Assembly (NCBI GenBank): GCA_963745135.1 | Contig: CAVUWW010000047.1 | Span: 1-40,965 of the forward strand | Length of the DNA: 40,965 bases | Source of the DNA: an uncultured bacterium | Lineage (GTDB): Bacteria > Patescibacteriota > Minisyncoccia > UBA6257 > 2-01-FULL-56-20 | Direction: 5' to 3' | In this document: piece after piece, positions 33,985 to 40,965 of the stretch | Layout of the letters: each line of letters starts with the position of its first letter | How positions within the stretch are numbered: the stretch's first letter is position 1 | Translations under genes and position numbers: made by a program | The notes under the pieces: model-generated | What the model was told of the DNA's origin: nothing | Seen by the model: only the letters and a program-made list of their open reading frames with translations | The model's database searches: none

Positions 33985-35526
33985 ATGAAAAAGTTTTTCA
34001 TCATCCATCTCCAACTCGTTGCCGTCATCGTTGTCGTGCTCGCCGCCGCCGGCGCGGTTTGGTACGTCGCCTCGAATACGGAACCGACGCTCGGTTCTTA
34101 CGCCATCGCGCAGGGAAACGTCGCCGGGGCGCTCGACGAGCCGGGGACGGTGGCTGCGGAGAGCAAAGCGGGCATTTCTTTCCAGGAAGCGGGCCAGATT
34201 GCGCGCGTGTACGTGAATGAAGGGGACGCGGTCGGCGTCGGGACGCCGCTCGCGGATTTGGACAGCGCGTCTTTTGAAGCGGGCGTGGAGCAGGCGAACG
34301 CGGCGCTTGCGGCGGCGCAGGCGAAGCTCGATGCGCTGCAGACGGGCGCCGCGCCGCAGGCGATCGCGGTGTCAGAGACCGCGCTCGCGTCGGCGGAACA
34401 GTCGCTCGCGAACAGTTATACGGGAATTCCCAATACTTTGAACGATGCCTACGCCAAAGCGAACGATGCGGTGCGCGCGGAGCTCGCCGCATTCTTCTCA
34501 TCGCCGGAAGGGAACAGTCCGCAGCTTACCTTTAGTGTGAGTGATTCGCAGCTGGTCAATAGTATCCAGAGTTCGCGGATTTCCGCGAGCGCCGACCTTG
34601 ATGCATGGCAGGCAGTTCTCGCAAGCACAACCGCAAGCTCCCCGAACGCAATTTTTGATTCTGCGCTCCAAAACGCCGTTGGTTATCTTTCGCCGATCCA
34701 AAACCTCATGAACGATGCGCTTTCGGCGCTTACCGACGAGACCGGATTGCCGGCAACGGCCGTCGCGGCATATAAAATTTCGGCGACGGCGGGATTGAAT
34801 GAAGTGAACGCGGCGGTCACGGAGATCACCGCCGCCGGGCAAACGATCGCTTCCGAAAAAGCGGCGGTCGCGCAGGCGCAGGCGGGATTGAACCTTACGG
34901 CGGCGAGCTCGACGACGCAGGCGATCCAGCAGCAGCAGGCTGCGGTCGCGCAGGCGCAAGCAGCGGTCGCCGCCGCGCAGGTCGCCTTGGACAACGCTTC
35001 GCTCGTCGCGCCATTCCCCGGCACGGTGCAGGATCTCACCGCGCAGGTCGGGCAGGTGGTTTCGCCCGGCGTCCCGGTGCTCTCGCTTGTGAACAATAAC
35101 GGGCTGAAGGTCCAAACGTACGTTTCCGAGGGCGACGTTGCGAAACTCAAAGTGGGCGATGCGGCAACGGTGACCTTGGACGCGTTCGGCACCGGCACGA
35201 CGTTCCCGGCGACGGTCACGGCGATTGACAGCACAGAAACGCAGGTGAACGGCACGCCGTCGTATCTTGTCACGATCCATTTCACGGAACCCGAGCCGCA
35301 GGTGAAGGACGGCATGACGGGCAACGTCCACATCGTCCTCGCCGAAGAGAACGGCGTGATCGCCGTGCCGAGCCGGCTTGTGCTGAACGACGGCAATGAA
35401 AATTTCGTGCTCGTGAAGACCGCGAGCGGCATTGAGCGACGGCAAGTAGAGATCGGCATCGTCGGCGGCGGCATGACGGAAATCATATCGGGGATCAATG
35501 AGAGCGACACGCTCGCGAATTTCTAA
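33985..35526 (+). CDS. HlyD/membrane-fusion-protein-like periplasmic adaptor with a long Ala/Gln-rich coiled coil
   Basis: N-terminal TM helix. The lipoyl-like halves are VYVNEGDAVGVGTPLADLD and APFPGTVQDL...GQVVSPGVPVLSLV. A C-terminal beta-barrel region follows. Confidence 0.7.
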   Translation: MKKFFIIHLQLVAVIVVVLAAAGAVWYVASNTEPTLGSYAIAQGNVAGALDEPGTVAAESKAGISFQEAGQIARVYVNEGDAVGVGTPLADLDSASFEAGVEQANAALAAAQAKLDALQTGAAPQAIAVSETALASAEQSLANSYTGIPNTLNDAYAKANDAVRAELAAFFSSPEGNSPQLTFSVSDSQLVNSIQSSRISASADLDAWQAVLASTTASSPNAIFDSALQNAVGYLSPIQNLMNDALSALTDETGLPATAVAAYKISATAGLNEVNAAVTEITAAGQTIASEKAAVAQAQAGLNLTAASSTTQAIQQQQAAVAQAQAAVAAAQVALDNASLVAPFPGTVQDLTAQVGQVVSPGVPVLSLVNNNGLKVQTYVSEGDVAKLKVGDAATVTLDAFGTGTTFPATVTAIDSTETQVNGTPSYLVTIHFTEPEPQVKDGMTGNVHIVLAEENGVIAVPSRLVLNDGNENFVLVKTASGIERRQVEIGIVGGGMTEIISGINESDTLANF

Positions 35527-35536
35527 TTTTTAAAAA

Positions 35537-36184
35537 ATGGACGAACAAACTTTAAAAACAGGGTTGGCATCATCAAGGGCGAATCGCCGTGTGATTATCG
35601 CTTCCTTCATCGCCTGCGTTGCCATCATCGGCGGGGTATATTGGTACGTCTCGTCGAAGACGGTCTATATTGACCTGTCGGCCGTCCAGGCGCCGGTCAT
35701 CGATTTGGCTCCGGCGAATTCCGGCCAGTTGCAGGCGGTCTTCGTGAACGTCGGCGACGTGGTGACGGCAAACCAGCCCATCGCCCGCGTCGGGGACGAG
35801 GTCGTCGAATCGCAAACGAGCGGCGAGATAGTTTCGGTTGACGAGAACATCGGCGAGTTCGAGAACGCCATGACTGGGCAGGCGGTCGTCGCGACGATGA
35901 TAGACCCGACCCAGCTCCGCGTCGTCGGGCGCTTGGACGAGGACAAGGGATTGGCGGACGTGAAGGTGGGCGACGTGGCAAAATTCACCGTGGACGCGTT
36001 CGGTTCGAAGGAATACTACGGCGTCGTTGACGAGATAGGCCAGATCTCGCAAGGGGACACGACGTCGAACATTTTCAGCCAGCGCCCGACGGACCAGTTC
36101 AACATTTACGTCCGCTTCGATCCCACGAGGTATCCCGAGCTCAAAGACGGCATGTCCGCGCGCATTTGGGTCTACGTAGAATAA
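35537..36184 (+). CDS. Short HlyD-like adaptor protein lacking the coiled coil
   Basis: TM anchor, then VFVNVGDVVTANQPIARV and the barrel-like ...LRVVGRLDEDKGLADVKVGDVAKFTVDAFG. Confidence 0.55.
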   Translation: MDEQTLKTGLASSRANRRVIIASFIACVAIIGGVYWYVSSKTVYIDLSAVQAPVIDLAPANSGQLQAVFVNVGDVVTANQPIARVGDEVVESQTSGEIVSVDENIGEFENAMTGQAVVATMIDPTQLRVVGRLDEDKGLADVKVGDVAKFTVDAFGSKEYYGVVDEIGQISQGDTTSNIFSQRPTDQFNIYVRFDPTRYPELKDGMSARIWVYVE

Positions 36185-36210
36185 TGTAAAAAAAAGTGTC
36201 CGCGAAAAAA

Positions 36211-36268
36211 GAAGTCCGTTCCGGCAAACTCGTCTTCGCGCAAGCCAGAACGGGCTTCTTTTTTTTTC
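36211..36268. terminator. Bidirectional intrinsic terminator between the convergent adaptor and prfB genes
   Basis: GAAGTCCGTTCCGGC...GCCAGAACGGGCTTC stem, followed by T9 on the plus strand and preceded by A6 (T6 on the minus strand). Confidence 0.75.
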
Positions 36269-36289
36269 TAATCGCCAATCGCTCTCTGG

Positions 36290-37328
36290 CTAATCGCTCG
36301 TCTCCTGTTCCAGCTCCGCTTCGATGAAAATATCCAAGTCCCCCATCAAAACATCATCCACTCTCGGGGTTTCGATTTCCGTCCGGTGATCCTTCACGAG
36401 CTGATACGGGTTCAAAACGTACGAGCGGATCTGGTTGCCCCACTCGGGCTTCACTTTTGTGCGCAGTTTGGCCACCTCGTCCACTTTTTCCTTTTCCATC
36501 AGCTGGAAGAGCTTCGCCTTCAATAATTTCAGCGCGTACTCGCGGTTCTGCTGCTGGCTGCGCTGCGCGCGGGAACTCACGGCAAGCCCCGTCGGCAGAT
36601 GGACCACGCGCACGGCCGTCTCCACCTTATTTACGTTCTGCCCGCCCGGCCCGCCCGCCCTTGAAAATTCAAACTTCAAATCTTTTTCGGGAATCTGGAG
36701 CTTCGATTCCTCGATTGCCGGCAGATCGGGAATCGCCTCGACGAGCGCGAACGACGTGTGCCGCGCCTTTTTCGCGTCAAAGGGAGATATGCGCACCAAA
36801 CGGTGCACGCCGGATTCTTTTTTCAGATAGCCATACGCATGATCGCCATGGATCTCGATCGTCCGTGAACGGGGGTTGTCGTCTACGACGCGCAATTTCC
36901 ACCCACGCCGTTTTGTGTAATTTTCATACATCACGCCGAGCATCCGCGCCCAATCCTCCGCGTCCTCGCCGCCAGCACCTGGATAGATGCCGAGCACCGC
37001 CGCCTGCCCGTCGTACGGTCCCGCGAAAAGCTGTGCCAATTCGAATTCCTTGAATTTCTTCTTAAGCTCGTGGAATCCGTCCTCGTCGTATTTTTTTTCG
37101 AGCTTGGCGATGCCGTCTTCCACGGTACGATAACGCGTTTCGAGATCCGAAAGCTCGCCATGCTCGCGGATTTTCCGGTCGGCCTCTTCGCGGTTCGTCC
37201 AAAATTCCGGCACCGACATTTCCAACTCCAGTTCCTTTATTCGATTTTCTTTTGAAGCCAAGTCAAAGCCGCCCGGCCAATCGCCGGGCTTCCGCCGCCA
37301 GCTGCTCGAGGTTTTCGATTTCCTTCAT
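36290..37328 (-). CDS. prfB: Peptide chain release factor 2 with the programmed +1 frameshift
   Basis: ORF0 MKEIENLEQLAAEARRLAGRL ends at CTT TGA C (37262-37268). The +1 frame continues DLASKENRIKELE...EFW and holds the SPF and GGQ (GPGGQNVN) motifs. Confidence 0.9.
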
Positions 37329-37642
37329 TGCTTTAATTTTTCTTTCTGTTCGAATTCTTTTATATAACTCCTGACCAAGGGATCGTCCGGCGTCGCATTC
37401 GGATATTGTTTTTTCACCAAAGCGAATGCTTTTCCAAAATACGGGCTTTTCTTTTCGCTTTTCAAATTGCCGTGCTCGTCATGAACATTGCCTTCTTTGT
37501 CCACCAAATTTCCTTCTTTGTCCCTTTCTAAAAATACCGGTGGATTTGCTGGCTCCTCAAACATATTTTGAGTCCGAAAATCCAGTGGCATGATTTCATC
37601 ATAAATCAAAGTCGGACGACGCTCAATACTGCTTGAACTCAA
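37325..37642 (-). CDS. Hypothetical small protein (105 aa)
   Basis: An ATGA overlap joins its stop to the prfB start. Charged, no recognised family. Confidence 0.5.
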   Translation of the reverse strand: MSSSSIERRPTLIYDEIMPLDFRTQNMFEEPANPPVFLERDKEGNLVDKEGNVHDEHGNLKSEKKSPYFGKAFALVKKQYPNATPDDPLVRSYIKEFEQKEKLKQ

Positions 37643-37652
37643 GATCGAATTG

Positions 37653-37723
37653 AGCCGATGAGTGGAATCGGACCACCGTCTTGGCTTTACGAAAGCCTTG
37701 CTCTGCCATTGAGCTACATCGGC
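37653..37723 (-). tRNA. tRNA-Thr (anticodon CGT), 71 nt, no encoded CCA
   Basis: Acceptor GCCGATG/CATCGGC, D arm GCTC-AATGGCA-GAGC, anticodon loop TTCGTAA, T arm GGTGG-TCCGATT-CCACT and discriminator T. The T loop reads TCC where TTC is usual. Confidence 0.8.
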
Positions 37724-37746
37724 AGCACATGAAATCTAGCAGAAAA

Positions 37747-37814
37747 CGATTCACGATTCAAGGTTCACGATTTATGAAGGTCATTCCTGAATCATAAATC
37801 ATGAATCATGAATC
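37747..37814. terminator. Imperfect period-7 palindrome at the 3' end of the HAD gene
   Basis: CGATTCACGATTCAAGGTTCACGATTTATGA pairs with TCATAAATCATGAATCATGAATC. Three of the mismatches become G-U pairs on the minus-strand RNA. The right arm encodes the C-terminal ELIHDS. Confidence 0.5.
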
Positions 37815-38593
37815 AATTCTCTTATTATCCGTTTCGTCTCCGCCGGGCCCTTGACCGCCATGCAATCAATACCGGTCCGTTTCGCCGCTTCGTCGTTGCC
37901 GCCGCGGTAGAGCGCGTCGCCGACGAAAAGCATTCTGCTGATCGGGATTTTCAACGTTTTTTTGATCTGCCGCACGCCATACGCCTTGTCAATGCCGGGC
38001 TTCGTCACGTCCACCGAGGTATAGCCGCCCTCGTGCTCGAACTCGGGCAGGCGCTTGCGGAGCGCGCGGATGAGCCGCGGCCGGATGTCGGATCCTTTGT
38101 TCCATTTTTTCTTGAGCGCCTCGCCGCGCTTCACGCCAAGTTTCTTCACCACATCCTGCCCGAGCGCCGAAAATGTGATCTGGCTGCCTCGATCTTCGAT
38201 AACTTTGCCGTAGGTCTTCGGCGGCGTGACATATTTGATTTCTTTGAACGCCTCGCGGAACGCGCGCATAACCTGTTTTTTTTCACGCTTCGAAAGCCCC
38301 TTGGCGTAGATTTTTTTCCATCCGCTGCGATAGCGGTAAAACGAGGTCGAGGTGGTCGGGAAAAGAAAGAGGTTTTTCAAAAGCCCTTTGGCGGGGTGGA
38401 AATGCTCCAAAAATTGCCGCTGGAACTGGCCGTAGCTGCCACCGCCGATGACCGCCACTTTTTTTACCGCCAGCAGCCGTGCGAGCAATTTCGCCACATC
38501 CTTTTGCAAATTCGCCTTGCTCGGCGTGAGCGTGCCGTCCAGGTCGAAAACGATGAGGTCTTTCGCGCGGCAGGACGCCGGGATGTTTTCCAT
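37799..38593 (-). CDS. HAD-IIB family hydrolase (phosphomannomutase-like)
   Basis: Motif I VFDLDGTLT, a cap region and motif IV VGDALYRGGNDEA. 264 aa. Confidence 0.75.
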   Translation of the reverse strand: MENIPASCRAKDLIVFDLDGTLTPSKANLQKDVAKLLARLLAVKKVAVIGGGSYGQFQRQFLEHFHPAKGLLKNLFLFPTTSTSFYRYRSGWKKIYAKGLSKREKKQVMRAFREAFKEIKYVTPPKTYGKVIEDRGSQITFSALGQDVVKKLGVKRGEALKKKWNKGSDIRPRLIRALRKRLPEFEHEGGYTSVDVTKPGIDKAYGVRQIKKTLKIPISRMLFVGDALYRGGNDEAAKRTGIDCMAVKGPAETKRIIRELIHDS

Positions 38594-38624
38594 GTATTCA
38601 TTTTAGCAGATAAATGGCAAAAGC

Positions 38625-38705
38625 GACGAATCCGGAACGGGAAATCCGACATTCGGCGTCGACAATCTAGACATCGAATGTCGGATTTCCCGTTCCGGAT
38701 TCGTC
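38625..38705. repeat. Perfect 31-bp inverted repeat with a 19-nt spacer in a divergent promoter region
   Basis: GACGAATCCGGAACGGGAAATCCGACATTCG (38625-38655) and its exact reverse complement (38675-38705), between the HAD start (38593) and the ftsK start (38745). Confidence 0.85.
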
Positions 38706-38744
38706 ATTCCTACCTGTTTCCTTTCGTGTTAAAATGAATTTGCA

Positions 38745-40037
38745 ATGGCACGGAACGGAAAGAAAAAAAGGAACGGCAATGGCAGGAATGACGCGCCGCA
38801 AGGAAAGCAGCCCGATTCGCGCCTGCATCCGGATACGAAAAAAAGCGTCTGGGCAATCGGTTTTTTCTGCGTCGCGGTGATTTTGACGCTCGCAGGATTC
38901 CAAACCGCCGGTCCCGCGGGAGCCGCAATTTATCAAGGCCTCTACGCCCTGCTCGGTTGGGGCTACTTTATTTTGCCGGCGACGCTCGTTTTCGCCGCGG
39001 CGGTCTTCATCTTCTCGGAACGGCGGCGATTTGTCGGTATGACGCTCGTCGGCGGCGGCTTATTGATATTGTCCGTTTTGGCCTTGATTGAGCTTGCCGA
39101 ACCGACGAAAGGCGGCTGGCTCGGACTTGTGTTCGGCTCGCTGCGGATCCCGTTCGGCAACATCGCCGCAACCGTCATCAACTGCTTCATCTTAATCGTC
39201 TCCATCCTCGTCACGGCGAACGTGCCGTTGAGATTGCGATGGCCGGCGAAAGATGCGAATGACGAGGACAAAAATCAAGAGCTCGTGGTTACCGGTGCTG
39301 AAGCTGAAGATAAAGCGCAAATGGCAAAGGGCAAAGGGCAGGAAAAAACAAAAAAAGAACCGCTGAAGGAAGTTGATGTCGCAGAGCCGGATATGGATTT
39401 GAAGCCGAGGAAAACAAAGCCGACGACGTTCGCGAATTACACGCCGCCGCCACTTTCGCTCCTTTCAACCGAAAGTTCCAAACCAACGACCGGCGATCTG
39501 TTGGCGAACGCGAATATTATCAAGCGCACACTCGAGAGCTTTGGCATCGCGGTTGAGATGGGCGAAATCAACGTCGGCCCGGCCGTCACGCGCTATACCC
39601 TGAAGCCGGCGGAGGGCGTGAAGCTTTCCCGCATCACGGCGCTGAATCCCGACCTCGCACTCTCGCTCGCCGCGCATCCCATCCGCATCGAAGCGCCGAT
39701 TCCTGGAAGGTCCCTCGTCGGCATTGAAGTCCCAAACAAGGCGGCCGCTTTGGTGCGCCTCGGCAGTTTGATGAACTATCCGGAATTCCAAAAGACCGGC
39801 TTGCTCGGTTTTGTCTTGGGTCGCGACGTTTCCGGCGAACCGGTTTTCACGAGCATCGAAAAGATGCCGCACATGCTGATTGCAGGCGCGACCGGTTCGG
39901 GAAAATCAATCATGATCCATTCGCTTCTCATATCATTGCTTTATAAAAATTCACCGCAAACATTGAAACTTATCCTGATTGATCCGAAACGCGTCGAGCT
40001 TTCCGTCTATGAAGGCATCCCGCATCTCGTGCAGCCC
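38745..40037 (+). CDS. ftsK: DNA translocase FtsK/SpoIIIE, N-terminal part (membrane domain, linker, Walker A)
   Basis: Four TM segments, a Lys/Glu linker and the motor start with GATGSGKS. The frame is lost in the C4 run at 40035-40038. Confidence 0.85.
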
Positions 40038-40899
40038 CGTCATCACCGAAAACAAGAAAGCTGCGGGCGTGTTCCGTTGGGCGATTGCCGAAATGGAGCG
40101 ACGCTACGAGACGCTCCAAAAATCCGGGAGCCGCGACATCAAGAGCTACAACGCGAGCCATGCCGACGAGCCGCTGCCGTTCATCCTTATCGCCATTGAT
40201 GAGCTCGCCGACCTTATGTCTTCTTTCGGCCGCGAGATTGAAGGTTCGGTTGTCCGCTTGGCACAGATGGCGCGCGCGACCGGCATCCACTTGCTGCTCG
40301 CCACCCAGCGCCCGTCGGTCGAGGTCATCACGGGACTCATCAAGGCGAACATCACCTCGCGCGTGGCGTTCCAGGTCGCAAGCCAGATCGATTCGCGCAC
40401 CATTCTCGACACGCCCGGCGCGGAGAAACTTTTGGGCCACGGCGACCTACTTTTCCTGTCGGCTGAAATTTCCAAACCCAAGCGCATCCAAGGCGCGTTT
40501 ATCACGGAGGATGAGATCAAGAAAGTCACAAACTTCATCCGCGAGAACAACAAAGAGGAAACCGAAGCGGCGGAAGCCGAACAGGTTGCGTTCGAGCCGG
40601 TAAACGGAAATGGGAAAAACATGGCCGCGCCCGCAGTTTCCGGCGCGCAAAGTTTTGATGAGTTTATGAACAACGACGAAGCAAACGGCGATGATGACGA
40701 TCTTTTGGAGGAAGCGCTGGCGGTAGTGCTCGAAGCGAAAAAAGCATCAGCATCTTTATTGCAGCGCCGCCTGAAAGTCGGCTACGCAAGAGCCGCGCGG
40801 TTATTGGACATCATGGAGTCCCAAGATTTCATCGGTCCCGGAGAAGGAGCAAAGCCGAGAGACGTGAATGAGGAAAAAATTGAGCAGCGCTTGGCGTAG
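40036..40899 (+). CDS. ftsK: DNA translocase FtsK/SpoIIIE, C-terminal part (Walker B, gamma domain)
   Basis: Continues PVITENKKAAGVFRWAIAEMERRY. Contains Walker B (ILIAIDELADL), LATQRPSV and the gamma-domain wHTH (ASASLLQRRLKVGYARAARLLDIME). Confidence 0.85.
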   Translation, partial: PVITENKKAAGVFRWAIAEMERRYETLQKSGSRDIKSYNASHADEPLPFILIAIDELADLMSSFGREIEGSVVRLAQMARATGIHLLLATQRPSVEVITGLIKANITSRVAFQVASQIDSRTILDTPGAEKLLGHGDLLFLSAEISKPKRIQGAFITEDEIKKVTNFIRENNKEETEAAEAEQVAFEPVNGNGKNMAAPAVSGAQSFDEFMNNDEANGDDDDLLEEALAVVLEAKKASASLLQRRLKVGYARAARLLDIMESQDFIGPGEGAKPRDVNEEKIEQRLA

Positions 40900-40934
40900 A
40901 AGGCGGTCTTCAAATCTCCAAAGAAGACCGCCTT
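40899..40934 (+). terminator. Stem-loop after ftsK with loop AAATCTCCAAA
   Basis: AAGGCGGTCTTC / GAAGACCGCCTT, a 12-bp stem starting at the ftsK stop. The stem core and loop are related to 12528-12581. Confidence 0.55.
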
Positions 40935-40965
40935 AGCAATACGAATGGTTGAGTACAGGCACATA

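Overview
The window is a composite of two halves that differ in composition and gene content. They meet at about 12,236-12,242, where two convergent genes are both cut off.

Left half (1-12.2 kb, AT-rich, Gram-negative-type genes):
- A complete IS21 (istA/istB) starts at base 2 and abuts an IS1595 transposase.
- A MurU-like nucleotidyltransferase and an AmgK-like kinase sit side by side.
- A Phd/YefM-RelE/ParE toxin-antitoxin cassette sits beside a diverged, decaying second copy of the kinase 3' end.
- A 354-aa orphan, leuS-lptE, and a two-domain glycosyltransferase-like gene follow. The last reads through a structured ~110-nt repeat.

Right half (12.2-41 kb, GC-richer). The gene set is consistent with a small-genome, CPR/Parcubacteria-like bacterium, but that assignment is inference only.
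- Core genes: a cysteine desulfurase with repeat-like inserts, two RNase H-like genes, comEC, trmD, a sigma-region-4/HARE-HTH protein and an S53 peptidase.
- A VirD4/TraG-like ATPase split by a frameshift, with a membrane partner gene.
- A putative integrated element (about 24.4-32.2 kb) with a large serine recombinase, DUF5659 and wHTH genes, a degraded IS256, and a low-GC XRE-controlled operon of three membrane proteins plus a membrane-anchored Holliday-junction-resolvase-like nuclease.
- A DrrA/ABC-2 transporter with two HlyD-like adaptors, prfB with its +1 frameshift site, tRNA-Thr, a HAD-IIB hydrolase, and ftsK (frameshifted).

The most unusual observation is at 24,158-24,417. A complete tRNA-Ser(CGA) lies between the two perfectly matching halves of a second class-II tRNA gene, next to the recombinase gene.

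The right half also carries several families of palindromic or period-7 repeats. Some of these are translated inside genes. Seven reading-frame disruptions occur in the right half, at least three of them in homopolymer runs. No CRISPR array or rRNA was seen.
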